This document shows positions 51,401-60,081 of a stretch of DNA of 64,000 nucleotides, in pieces (the first letter of the stretch is position 1; each line of letters opens with the position of its first letter). Position numbers and translations under genes: made by a program. The stretch covers positions 124 through 64,123 of the forward strand of contig JADHXE010000001.1 of NCBI GenBank assembly GCA_016783125.1, in the 5' to 3' direction. The notes beneath the pieces were generated by a model, which worked only from the letters and a program-made list of their open reading frames with translations, ran no database searches and had not been told where the DNA came from. The DNA is from Anaerolineales bacterium. Its GTDB lineage: Bacteria > Chloroflexota > Anaerolineae > Anaerolineales > UBA11858.

Positions 51401-53031
51401 TCGATATCAAATAATTTCCCTATTTTTAAACCTGCAATAGCCTGATCAACCAACGGTAAATCGTCTGGATGAATGCTATCATGCCACACTAAGGGATGTT
51501 CCAATAAATATGAAGGGGTATGGCCTAGCACAGTACGAACACGGTTCGAGTAGTATACTCCCCCGCGCTTGTCAGAAAAAGCGTAAAGGATATCCGGTGC
51601 ATTTTCAACCAGACGGCCGTATTGTTCTTCGCTTTTTTGTAATTTTTCCTCTGCCTGTTTTCGTTCAGCAATATCACGGACCACACTAATGACCTGAGAT
51701 AGCTGACCATTGGAGAACAAGAAAGCTGTATTGATTTCTGTCCACAATTGCTCGCCATTCTTGCGCAATAGAACTTGTTCCTGGCGAACTTGAGACTGTC
51801 CCTGATCCAAAGCATCCTTCAATGCCTGGCCAAAGGAATCGAACGACCCTTCATCTGGGTAGAACTGGCGCGTACTCTGGTCGATTAATTCCTCCGAATG
51901 ATACCCTAATAATTCATACACAGCCTGGTTTACGAATTCGATCTTTCTGGCTGGCATCTTGACCGTAAAAACGGCGTCTGCCATGCTATCCATCAGCGTG
52001 TTCAGATAATCCTTTGATTTCTGGAACGCCATCTCCATCTGCTTGCTGTCCGTGATATCCTGGCTAAAAACAGCAATCCTTGTGACTTGCCCTTGTTGAT
52101 TGAGTACTGGATTCAAACTATTGTAGATCACCCTTCCATCACGCTCGTCTTCAAATTCGATTGCATGCCTAGTCCGTGCAACTTTTTTGGTATAGGCTTT
52201 GCGAGATTTGGCGACAGAGGGTGGTAATAGATCGTATGAGCGCTTGTTAATAATTTCATCAGGCGAATAACCGATCGCGCGCGCGGCTATTTCATTGATG
52301 TTGAGAATTATGCCTTGTGTATCAATCAACAGAGCACTTCCAGGTATTGCATTCAAGAGCGCGCGAGCTGATTCTTCGCTCTGCTGTAAATATACCTCAA
52401 TCTGCTTGCATTTAGTGATTTCCTGGTGAAGTTGTTCATTTGCTTTAGATAGTTCAGCGGTTCGTACATTTACCAGTTCATTAAGGTGGTGGCTATGTCT
52501 TTTCAGTTCTTCTTCTACTTGTTTGCGTTCAGAAATATCATAATAATGTTCTACCCGTCCCCCGATATATAGTCCAGATCGAATGGGCTGGCTCCAATGT
52601 TCAAGCCAGCACTCTTCGCGCTCCTCACCAGGTAGCACGTGGCATTCAAAGTTCTCGACATAGGTATTGTCACCATATGTCGCCAATACTTTCTCGGAAA
52701 AGCTTCCTGGATTCTCGAAGATATCCATGATGCACTCGCGGATGAGGTGACGCTTATCCTTACCGATGATTTCATTCCTACAAAAACCAAAATATCGCTC
52801 AAGTGCCTGGTTCACCCAGACAATCCTGAAATCAGCATCGAGTAAAATGACACCGACCGCAGATGTGTCGAGGATATCATTGGTCAATGACCTGTACCAT
52901 TCATCGTTTGTCCACAAGGCATCTTTTGCTCCCCCCCGCAAAATTTCAGATGCTTCCATTTCTGATACATGTTGACGTAACTCAACTAATTCTTCGATCA
53001 GTTGGGCTTTGGTTTTATCTTTGTCTTTCAT
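48457..53031 (-). CDS. Giant (1524 aa) multi-PAS/multi-GAF sensor histidine kinase, HisKA_3 (NarX/DegS) type
   Basis: Several PAS blocks are followed by several GAF blocks. The H-box is 'ERRNIALELHDEVGQNLTAL', and the HATPase is 'VEDQGAGFD'. It overlaps the cognate NarL-type regulator gene by 11 nt. Confidence 0.9.
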   Translation of the reverse strand: MKDKDKTKAQLIEELVELRQHVSEMEASEILRGGAKDALWTNDEWYRSLTNDILDTSAVGVILLDADFRIVWVNQALERYFGFCRNEIIGKDKRHLIRECIMDIFENPGSFSEKVLATYGDNTYVENFECHVLPGEEREECWLEHWSQPIRSGLYIGGRVEHYYDISERKQVEEELKRHSHHLNELVNVRTAELSKANEQLHQEITKCKQIEVYLQQSEESARALLNAIPGSALLIDTQGIILNINEIAARAIGYSPDEIINKRSYDLLPPSVAKSRKAYTKKVARTRHAIEFEDERDGRVIYNSLNPVLNQQGQVTRIAVFSQDITDSKQMEMAFQKSKDYLNTLMDSMADAVFTVKMPARKIEFVNQAVYELLGYHSEELIDQSTRQFYPDEGSFDSFGQALKDALDQGQSQVRQEQVLLRKNGEQLWTEINTAFLFSNGQLSQVISVVRDIAERKQAEEKLQKSEEQYGRLVENAPDILYAFSDKRGGVYYSNRVRTVLGHTPSYLLEHPLVWHDSIHPDDLPLVDQAIAGLKIGKLFDIEYRIWDANKNLHWFRDRPIGQWKDGDETIVEGLASDITERKRIEEALQQRVEQLAALQATTLEITSPHDLSTLLRTIVERATSLLKAPGGGMYLCDPVQEEVRCVVSYNTFNDYTGTVLKYGEGSAGTVALTGQPLAIDDYRTWPMRAKVYEEDQPFTAVLSMPLIWQDRVSGVIHVLDSVKGRRFTQSDIELLTLFANQAAIAIHNAQLFEAEQEQRRLAEALSEISQTLTSTLHLDEVLDKVLNNVERIVPHQGTNIHLLDEKSEIVQIHQIKGYQNAHLGKPGKGTTRHVCEIPLYRQMMEARQAVVVSDTHAEPNWTLFAGTHWVRSYLGIPICRGERVFGFLNLDSATPGFFTDKHAHKLQAFANQAAIAIENARLFAGITQRSNELAALLAATSIISSSLDLEKVLWTVAEQITKSIHVEACAISKWDREANTVTLLVEHAPDDWVIGSEWYQPFDLTEHKRARRVLEETRSDQLQSDDPVLTTFERDYLDRAEIKTLLMMPIRASNQVIGLAEIMDSRTLREFTDREIDFLQSLTNQAGIAIEKAQLFAAEQRQRAELERTNKLISALVHISARVQAAPDPETVMETLGTELKELELACTVASFDPEDSSLMIRHLSVGSKALSAIEKIVKRPISGFKLALKTVTPYIELFEHHRAIVASGSEVVSFATAVLPDFTRPVINRILKLAGVQPDIVAIFLPLVIEDRMLGVLWVWGRDLQAVDLPVFSTFASQLSVTLENARLFEQVRAGRENLQALSHRLVEIQETERRNIALELHDEVGQNLTALKLLLDSTLNISSDAETKAAWLHEAGELVDQISSTVQNLSLNLRPSMLDDLGLLPTLIWHFDRFGLHSNIKVDFKHHGLESRLPTNVELAAYRIVQEALTNVVRYADVDQVIVRVWADQDEIHIQVEDQGAGFDTAAVLANQDSAGLLGMNERSTLLGGSLDIISTPGEGTTVMAVLPLGGRLERRIHER

Positions 53032-53152
53032 CTCGATTTATCCTGAGTTTCTCATGCTAAATACGCTGGTAAGATCAATGAAAAGCCATCGACAACCTAT
53101 CTAGTAAATACTTTATCGGAGTCTAACCTCTACTCGTCTAGCCAGTATTTAT

Positions 53153-54262
53153 CTACTCGATTCTTTTTATACAATTCCGCCCAGCTTGTTTTGCCAGATA
53201 CATCGCGGCATCCGCTTTGTCGATCAGGGCGGTTATGTTTTCGGTTTCATCTTTGATGCCGGAGACGCCTAAACTTATTGTCGTCGATATCTCCCCTTTA
53301 TCTGTCAATATCGATTGTTGTTCAATACACTGTCTCAAACGCTCTGCTGTTTGGAGTGCATCATCGATCGGGGTTTCTGGCATGAGAATCACAAATTCTT
53401 CACCACCATACCGTCCGATGATATCAACCTCGCGGATCTCCCTGCTACACAGCCGAGCAATTACCCTTAACACTTGGTCGCCAATCCTATGCCCATGTTT
53501 ATCGTTGATTTGCTTGAATAGATCTAAATCAAACAGGATTGCTGCAAGGTGATGCCTAAACCGGCGCGCACGGATAATCTCTCTTTCCCCTAAATGATAC
53601 AAACCACGACGATTGAACACGCCAGTAAGATCGTCGGTCACTGATAATCTTTGTACTTTTTCGTAGAGTTTCTGTAACTCCTTTGTCCTTTCAGCAACGA
53701 GCTGCTCAAGAGAAGATGCGTGGTTTTGTATGCTTTTATACAATCGGGCATTCTCGATCACGATGGCCGTGTAACCAGCTATTGTCATGAGTAGATCCTG
53801 ATCCCCCTTTGTAAAGAAACCTCCCCGTTTATTGATCGCCTCCAACACCCCGATTACTTTTTTTTCAACCAACAAGGGAACGGCTAATAGTGATCGAACA
53901 GGTCTGCCACTGTTTTGTTCGATTTTTGGATAATAATCTGGGTCGGTTGCTAAATCGTTGACCATTTGTGGGACACCAGTACGAAACACATTGGAGACAA
54001 TCCCTTCCCCCAAAGGAACGCGCATCCCAACGATTGGGTCAATTGCAGCGTGGAAGACCATATCTCCCGTTTCTTCGTCCGGCAAAAGAATAGAACAACT
54101 GCTTGTTGAAAGCAAGTCGGCGGCCTCATCTACGACAAACTGCAAAAGTTCGTCAATCTCCAGTTTTGAGGACATAGCCAGGCTTATTCGATGGATGGTT
54201 TCTAACGCAGCTATTTTCTCAGATAGTATGAATGTGTTTTCAGTATCTATTCGCGAGCCCAT
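53153..54262 (-). CDS. GAF-GGDEF diguanylate cyclase
   Basis: A GAF N-domain is followed by 'DDLTGVFNRRG', 'DLFKQINDKHGH' and 'RYGGEEFVILM'. Confidence 0.9.
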   Translation of the reverse strand: MGSRIDTENTFILSEKIAALETIHRISLAMSSKLEIDELLQFVVDEAADLLSTSSCSILLPDEETGDMVFHAAIDPIVGMRVPLGEGIVSNVFRTGVPQMVNDLATDPDYYPKIEQNSGRPVRSLLAVPLLVEKKVIGVLEAINKRGGFFTKGDQDLLMTIAGYTAIVIENARLYKSIQNHASSLEQLVAERTKELQKLYEKVQRLSVTDDLTGVFNRRGLYHLGEREIIRARRFRHHLAAILFDLDLFKQINDKHGHRIGDQVLRVIARLCSREIREVDIIGRYGGEEFVILMPETPIDDALQTAERLRQCIEQQSILTDKGEISTTISLGVSGIKDETENITALIDKADAAMYLAKQAGRNCIKRIE

Positions 54263-54783
54263 CTTTTGCCTCGGGTGGATGAAGTGATATTTCTGGAAAG
54301 TTGTCTGGTTATTTTATTGTATCGTAAATCCAACCTGACTCATCAATGAGATTGGCATTATAGCCTCTCCACTGGATTCACCCACAGTAGTCAGCCTCAG
54401 AGCCCCCAGAATGAATTATGTTATGATCGAGTACAGCGATGCCGGGAGTGCAAAGGGTCGTTGGTTTTACCTTGGCTTAATAGTCAGCGTATTGGGGAAG
54501 CGGTCATTGCCTTTCCTAATCAACACGTGCTTACAATGTTTTCAGTATGCTCCCGATTGCCCATGGACCATACCGAAACCCTGCCCAGGCTCGACGCGCT
54601 TCAGAATCTTCCAGCTCATTGGCTTGCAAGCTTGAAAGAAGGTTTCTAAAGCCCTCTTTTTGTATCATGCGTTCCATGACACGGCGTTGTGTTGTACCAG
54701 CTTTATGGCGGTCATCTTCAGGAAGGGATGCAGGGATATATCCACATAGAGTTGAATATTCGAATACAAGTTGAACGGGTTTG

Positions 54784-55389
54784 TTAGATGCAGTTTAGCT
54801 GAGATAAGACGGCGCTTTTTTCATATATCAGAACTTCACAAAGCGCGCCCGGTTGGAGCCGATAAGCCCAGAGCCAACGCAAGGGCGTCTGCAACAATGC
54901 GCACAAAAGCGCGTTAATCACGCCGCCATGGGCCACCATAAGTACAGTTTCAGACCCATGCTTACTTGATATCTCGTTGTATAAGTTTACGATTCTGTTG
55001 ACTACCTGGGGCAATATTTCTCCACCGGTTGGCCCTGACAGAACTGCATCAGCTTGCCAGGCAGCAAAGTCATCAGGAAAACGCTGCGTCGCTTCTTCAA
55101 ATGTCAAGCCTTCCCACCGTCCAAAATCTTGCTCTAACAAACGGTCGTCTACATGTAAGGGACAAGGGTGATGCAGTGCGATGGTTTTGGCTGTCTCAAA
55201 AGCTCGCCGGAGAGGGCTGGTATATATAGCCACAAGTGATTCCTCGACCATAACATCGGCTAAGGACCGCACCTGAACTTTGCCTCTGGCAGTAAGCGGC
55301 GAGTCGGTTCGGCCCAAAAATCTCCCATGACGATTGGACTCAGCCTCCCCATGCCTGACTAGTAGTAAGCGCAATCGCGGTGAATTCAT
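54784..55389 (-). CDS. Histidine-phosphatase superfamily protein (CobC/PGM-like)
   Basis: '[12 protein letters not shown]' (RHG motif) and '[10 protein letters not shown]' are present. Its start overlaps the ribH stop (ATGA at 55386-55389). Confidence 0.85.
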   Translation of the reverse strand: MNSPRLRLLLVRHGEAESNRHGRFLGRTDSPLTARGKVQVRSLADVMVEESLVAIYTSPLRRAFETAKTIALHHPCPLHVDDRLLEQDFGRWEGLTFEEATQRFPDDFAAWQADAVLSGPTGGEILPQVVNRIVNLYNEISSKHGSETVLMVAHGGVINALLCALLQTPLRWLWAYRLQPGALCEVLIYEKSAVLSQLNCI

Positions 55390-55859
55390 GCATCATCTAG
55401 TTGGCGCAGCAAATTGGCCATTTCGATGGCAGCGAGGGCAGCCTCCATGCCTTTGTTACCGGCTTTGCTACCAGCCCGCTCAATGGCCTGCTCCAAGGTA
55501 TCGCTTGTGATGACCCCAAACGTTACTGGGATGCCACTCTGTAGCCCAGCCTGGGCAATGCCCTTGGCGGTTTCTCCTGCTACATACTCAAAATGGGGGG
55601 TCGCTCCACGAATGACAACTCCTAAGCAAACCACCGCGTTGTAGCGGCCGCTGCTGGCCATTTTTTGCGCGGCCAGCGGCAGTTCAAAACTACCCGGCAC
55701 CATAGCTACGTCTATATCTTCCTCGTTGACACCGTGTCGGGTGAGGGCATCTTGGGCCCCTTCCAACAACTTACTGCCCATAAAATCATTCCAACGTGAA
55801 GATACGAGACCAATTTTTAGGCCGCTGCCAACAAGATTTCCTGAAAATAGTTGACTCAT
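55386..55859 (-). CDS. ribH: 6,7-dimethyl-8-ribityllumazine synthase
   Basis: '[12 protein letters not shown]', 'VPGSFELP', '[18 protein letters not shown]'. Confidence 0.95.
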   Translation of the reverse strand: MSQLFSGNLVGSGLKIGLVSSRWNDFMGSKLLEGAQDALTRHGVNEEDIDVAMVPGSFELPLAAQKMASSGRYNAVVCLGVVIRGATPHFEYVAGETAKGIAQAGLQSGIPVTFGVITSDTLEQAIERAGSKAGNKGMEAALAAIEMANLLRQLDDA

Positions 55860-55878
55860 AATTGACTCCTTTAATCTG

Positions 55879-57114
55879 TTACGATTGATGGGGTAATACT
55901 TCTGATACCAGTTGATGGTTCAATTTTTTGACTTTGGTTTGCAAATAACGTCGATTTTCGGGCCTGGCTTGAACCTGATGTGGGACACGTTCCACCACCC
56001 GGATTTGATTGGCTTCCAAATCGGCCACTTTGTGGGGGTTGTTGCTCATCAGGCGTACCGCTGCAATACCTTGGTCGCGCAGCATGGCTGCGGCCACAGC
56101 GTAGTCGCGCTGGTCTGGTGAAAATCCCAAACAGAGATTAGCCTCCACCGTGTCCAGCCCCTGATCTTGCAAGGCATAGGCTCGAATTTTGTTAGCCAGC
56201 CCAATGCCGCGCCCTTCTTGCCGCAAATAGAGCAGTATCCCCTGTCCTTCCTGGGCAATCCGGTGCAGCGCGTTTTGAAGCTGCTCCCCGCAGTCGCAGC
56301 GCAGAGAGCTAAGCACGTCACCGGTTAGGCACTCGGAGTGGAGGCGCACCAGGGGCGGCACGGTTAGCGCATCACCCAGGCTGAGCAAGAGATGCTCTTG
56401 ATTCTGCACATCGCGGTAAGCTGTCACCTTGAATTGCCCAAAACGAGTGGGTAGTTGGGCTGCGTCAACTCGCCTGATGGTTGGCAATGCATCTTGTTGA
56501 AGCCGGTATTTGACCAAGGCCTCGATGGAGATGATTTTCAGTTCGTGTTCAGCAGCAAACTGGCGAAGGGTGGGCAGGCGGGCCATCGTGCCATCCACGG
56601 CCAAGATTTCGCAGATCACTGCTGCCGGGGTCAAACCTGCCAGCCGGGTCAAAGCTACGCCAGCTTCAGTATGTCCTGGACGGGCCAGCACGCCGTTGGG
56701 GTGTGCCCTGAGCGGAAACATATGGCCGGGCATGGCAATATCGGCAGCGGTGCTGTTTGGGTTTATGAGTACCTGTACTGTTCTGGCTCGGTCGGGAGCC
56801 GAAATGCCAGTGGTGACACCGGTGCGAGCTTCGACCGAAATGGTGAAGGGGCTGCCAAAGCCGGAATTATTTTCATGTTCAGGCACCATCAATGGAATGC
56901 CCAACCAGTCAAGCATCGACCCGGTCATGGCGATGCAAATCAACCCTCGGGCCTTTTGGGTCATGAAGTTGATAAGGTCAGAGGTAGCAAATTGGGCGGC
57001 CACCAGCAGATCCCCCTCATTTTCCCGATTTTCATCATCAACGACAATAATCGGTTTGCTAGTCTGCAAGTCGTTTAGAGCTTCTTCCACGGTGTTCAAC
57101 TTTTGCTGGGTCAC
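55879..57114 (-). CDS. ribBA: Bifunctional 3,4-dihydroxy-2-butanone-4-phosphate synthase / GTP cyclohydrolase II
   Basis: '[11 protein letters not shown]' and 'RPGHTEA' mark RibB. '[21 protein letters not shown]' and 'GRGIGLANK' mark RibA. Confidence 0.95.
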   Translation of the reverse strand: MTQQKLNTVEEALNDLQTSKPIIVVDDENRENEGDLLVAAQFATSDLINFMTQKARGLICIAMTGSMLDWLGIPLMVPEHENNSGFGSPFTISVEARTGVTTGISAPDRARTVQVLINPNSTAADIAMPGHMFPLRAHPNGVLARPGHTEAGVALTRLAGLTPAAVICEILAVDGTMARLPTLRQFAAEHELKIISIEALVKYRLQQDALPTIRRVDAAQLPTRFGQFKVTAYRDVQNQEHLLLSLGDALTVPPLVRLHSECLTGDVLSSLRCDCGEQLQNALHRIAQEGQGILLYLRQEGRGIGLANKIRAYALQDQGLDTVEANLCLGFSPDQRDYAVAAAMLRDQGIAAVRLMSNNPHKVADLEANQIRVVERVPHQVQARPENRRYLQTKVKKLNHQLVSEVLPHQS

Positions 57115-57129
57115 AAATTGTCTCCTTGT

Positions 57130-57774
57130 CTATTGGTAGCCGTGATGGGTCAGAAATTCCAGGTTGATACCATCTGGTTGGTCCGATCGTTGGGCGATTA
57201 TTTTTTCGACGTATTTGCCCAATATATCAACCTCAATGTTTGCCTTGTATCCCACCTGCTGTTGGGGCAAAGTAATGTGCTGCTGAGTGTAGGCGACCAG
57301 GGTAATGGTGAAACTATCATCAAAAACATCTACCACGGTCAGGCTAACGCCATCCAGAGCAATAAAGCCTTTGGGCACAATGTAGCGCATCAGATCCGGT
57401 TTGGTTTGAACGGTGACCCACAATGCGTCTGCATCGGGGCGAAATTTGGTCAGGTTTCCTACGCCGTCAACATGGCCCTGCACAAAATGACCGCCCATGC
57501 GGGTGGTGGGGGTGAGGGCGCGTTCCAGATTTACCTGCTGCCCCTCCTTAAGGTATTCTAAATTCGTACGGGTGAGCGTTTCGGGGGAAAGGCCCACGGT
57601 GAAAGTCTCTGAGGTAAAATCAGTGACAGTAAGACATGTCCCATTGATGGCAATGCTATCGCCAGGTTTGACATCGGTCAGGACCGTTTTGGCCCGAATC
57701 GTGAGGTTGTAGCCTTGTCCCGTGCGCCAAAGCCGGGTGACAATGCCCATTTCTTCAACAATTCCTGTGAACAT
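57130..57774 (-). CDS. ribE: Riboflavin synthase alpha chain
   Basis: 'MFTGIVEEMG' starts at 57774. The duplicated lumazine-binding repeats are 'GDSIAINGTCLTV' and 'KGFIALDGVSLTV'. Confidence 0.95.
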   Translation of the reverse strand: MFTGIVEEMGIVTRLWRTGQGYNLTIRAKTVLTDVKPGDSIAINGTCLTVTDFTSETFTVGLSPETLTRTNLEYLKEGQQVNLERALTPTTRMGGHFVQGHVDGVGNLTKFRPDADALWVTVQTKPDLMRYIVPKGFIALDGVSLTVVDVFDDSFTITLVAYTQQHITLPQQQVGYKANIEVDILGKYVEKIIAQRSDQPDGINLEFLTHHGYQ

Positions 57775-57775
57775 C

Positions 57776-58903
57776 CTATGCCTCCATAAATTCCATTCTA
57801 CGTGGTGTGACCTGCCAGTTCTGAGGGATATCCCCTCGAATACACAGGTCACCATCCAGTGTTTCGATTTCTATATTGCCCAGACGCAGCGCCTGTACCA
57901 GTTTTTCCACACCAGGCCCTCCGATTGGAGTCGGAGCATCCTGCCCACCGATGATCAACGGGGCAACGAAAGCCCAAACCCGATCCACCAGACCCCCAGC
58001 AAAGAATGCGCCAAGCAGTTCACTTCCGCCCTCGACCAGCAGGGTGAGCAGACCATGCCGACCAAGCTCATTTAATAGTGCTGGCAAGCTGACCCGATGG
58101 TGAGTATCCGCGGGTAGCATCCATACATCCACACCACTCGCCTTGAGTTTTGCGCAATGTGCTGGGTCGACAGCCGCGGTAGTTGCCAATACGGTCTTGC
58201 CTGGCAAAGATGGTTCGAACAATTGTGCTGATCGTGGTACACGCCCGCGGCTGTCTGCCACAATGCGCAAAGGATGGTGCACATCAGGCCGATCGAGGCG
58301 GGTGGTTAATTGGGGGTCATCTGCCAGCACTGTTCCAGTGCCCACTAAAATAGCATCGACGACATCTCGTAATTCATGAACGCGCCGCCGCGAGGTTTCA
58401 TTGGTGAGCCAGAGTGATTCTCCGCTGCGGGTAGCGATCTTGCCATCCAGGCTCATGGCAAATTTAGCGGTGACAAATGGTCTTCTTTGCGTGATATATT
58501 TGTAGAAAGGCAAATTGAGCTTTCGCGCTGCCTCCTCCAAAAGCCCCCCATGGACACCAATCCCAGCGGCCTCCAGTTGTGTATGTCCTTTGCCATTCAC
58601 GAGCGGGTTGGGGTCGCCGACTGCGTAATGCACTTTGCATACTCCAGCCCCGATAAGAGCCTGAGTACAAGGTGGTGTGCGCCCATGATGTGCACAGGGT
58701 TCCAGGTTGACGTAAAGGGTTGCACCATGGGCTGCTTCGCCAGCTGCGCGCAAGGCTTCGATTTCAGCGTGGGGTGCGCCAGCCTGATGATGAAAACCTT
58801 CCCCCACGATGCGACCATCTTTTACGAGCACAGCGCCAACCATTGGATTTGGACTGGTGCGGCCTTCTGCCCTGCGAGCCAATTCCAAAGCGCGCTGCAT
58901 CAT
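57776..58903 (-). CDS. ribD: Bifunctional diaminohydroxyphosphoribosylaminopyrimidine deaminase / 5-amino-6-(5-phosphoribosylamino)uracil reductase
   Basis: The start 'MMQRALELA' is at 58903. 'HAEIEAL' and 'PCAHHGRTPPC' form the deaminase zinc site, followed by a reductase domain. The longer track ORF reads through the riboswitch. Confidence 0.95.
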   Translation of the reverse strand: MMQRALELARRAEGRTSPNPMVGAVLVKDGRIVGEGFHHQAGAPHAEIEALRAAGEAAHGATLYVNLEPCAHHGRTPPCTQALIGAGVCKVHYAVGDPNPLVNGKGHTQLEAAGIGVHGGLLEEAARKLNLPFYKYITQRRPFVTAKFAMSLDGKIATRSGESLWLTNETSRRRVHELRDVVDAILVGTGTVLADDPQLTTRLDRPDVHHPLRIVADSRGRVPRSAQLFEPSLPGKTVLATTAAVDPAHCAKLKASGVDVWMLPADTHHRVSLPALLNELGRHGLLTLLVEGGSELLGAFFAGGLVDRVWAFVAPLIIGGQDAPTPIGGPGVEKLVQALRLGNIEIETLDGDLCIRGDIPQNWQVTPRRMEFMEA

Positions 58904-58924
58904 GGTTTCATGAATGTCATTCAA

Positions 58925-59232
58925 ATAAAAAACTCCCAAAAGGTAAGCAAATAACCTTCGGGGAGCACAACAAGCCATAGAACAGATTATCACACTGATA
59001 ACCTGCCTGACAACAATACGCCCCGAAGAGTTGGTACTCTTCGGGGTACATGGCAGACAACCACCCTGCATGGGTAGTTGGAAAACCTTCTTCCATCCGG
59101 ACTGTACCGTCGGCCCCGGAGTTCCACCGGATCTGCTCATCACTAGAGATGGCGACTTGCTCGCGGGCTTTCACCGCCGGTAGGGAATTGTCTTATACAT
59201 TATACAAGACTCACCCTGCCCCGAAGGTTATC
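58925..59232 (-). promoter_or_regulatory. FMN riboswitch (RFN element) with terminator expression platform
   Basis: The minus strand reads CCUUCGGGGCAGGGUGA...AAUUCCCUACCGGCGGUGAAAGCCCGCGAGC...GAGCAGAUCCGGUGGAACUCCGGGGCCGACGGUACAGUCCGGAUGGAAGAAGG (about 59085-59230). A terminator follows: CTCCCCGAAGGT..ACCTTTTGGGAG plus TTTTTTATTT (58925-58968). Confidence 0.92.
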
Positions 59233-59338
59233 TATATAATTTTCGGTATTTTATCATATTCTTCGCCTCAGTGGCATCTGGTTTTCAACCACCACGGCAA
59301 ATCTCAAATGGGTGTGTTTCAAACGAGTTGAGAAGTTC

Positions 59339-59390
59339 CGGAAATTGGGGTGTGCGGGAGGCGTTCTCCCCCCGCACACCCCAATTTCCG
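59339..59390. repeat. GGGGTGTGCG-type palindromic hairpin
   Basis: The 20-bp perfect stem is CGGAAATTGGGGTGTGCGGG / CCCGCACACCCCAATTTCCG, with a 12-nt loop. Confidence 0.6.
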
Positions 59391-59516
59391 ATCTCTCTAT
59401 AACCGATAATAAACACATCCATCTCAAATAGCCTTTCTGCCGGGAAGGAAAATCATTGATAAAATAGGATGTAACGCTTTCTACATCATTTCGTCTTATA
59501 TATAGCAGGAACAGCA

Positions 59517-60080
59517 ATGCCAACTGGTGACCCAGCAGCTTCAGATGCCGAATTGATCGCACGTGCCGTTTGAGGCGATGCCGACGCGTTCGGTGATCTA
59601 TATGAACACTATCTGGATCAGATTTATCGGTACGTCTACTATAGCGTTGCTAACTCACTTGAGGCAGAGGACCTGACCGAGACAGTATTCCTCAAGGCCT
59701 GGGAGTCGCTGCCTGGGATGCGAACCAAAGTCAAAAGGTTAAACTTCCGGGCCTGGTTATATCGGATAGCCCACAATTTGGTGGTGGATCGCTATCGCAT
59801 GCACAAGCCAACCGTGTCCCTCGATCAAACCAACACATTGAGAGATCCTTCGCCAACGCCGGAAACCATTTTACAAGCCAAAGAAGAAGGACAGCGGTTG
59901 GCCTCAGCCATCAAGAAACTAGAGCCCCATTTGCAGCAGGTGCTGGTTTGCCGGTTTATCAACGGGTTGAGCCACGCGGAAACGGCCCAGATCATAGGGA
60001 TTTCCGAAGGATATGTGCGGGTTTTGCAGCACCGCGCCCTGAAGAAAATGGGCGCGGTGCTATCAGAGGAATTGAGCTGA
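59517..60080 (+). pseudogene. ECF-type sigma-70 factor interrupted by an in-frame TGA
   Basis: MPTGDPAASDAELIARAV-TGA(59571-59573)-GDADAFGDLYEHYLDQIYRYVYYSVANSLEAEDLTETVFLKAWESLPGMRTKV..; region 2 is 'FRAWLYRIAHNLVVDRYR' and region 4 is 'LSHAETAQIIGISEGYVRVLQHRALKKM'. ATG 59517 and the track ORF (59718) are in the same frame. Confidence 0.8.
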
Positions 60081-60081
60081 G

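Noticed and set aside
54263-54783. A 520-bp gap has only weak plus-strand ORFs. A minus-strand open frame reads '..PEDDRHKAGTTQRRVMERMIQKEGFRNLLSSLQANELEDSEARRAWAGFRYGPWAIGSILKTL*'.
   Set aside because: There is no Shine-Dalgarno sequence or convincing start, I recognise no family, and stops litter the continuation. It may be a gene relic or the GGDEF gene promoter region, but I cannot support a call.
56455-57139. Two ~208-aa plus-strand ORFs lie opposite ribBA.
   Set aside because: They are antisense shadows of a strongly conserved gene and have no motifs of their own.
40794-59573. The in-frame TGA codons in the kinase and sigma genes might be selenocysteine or a reassigned TGA (code 4/25).
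   Set aside because: TGA terminates several well-defined genes here, with typical ATGA overlaps. The interrupted positions align with Arg or variable residues, not Cys/Sec. I see no SECIS-like hairpin directly downstream. The third interrupted gene uses TAA.
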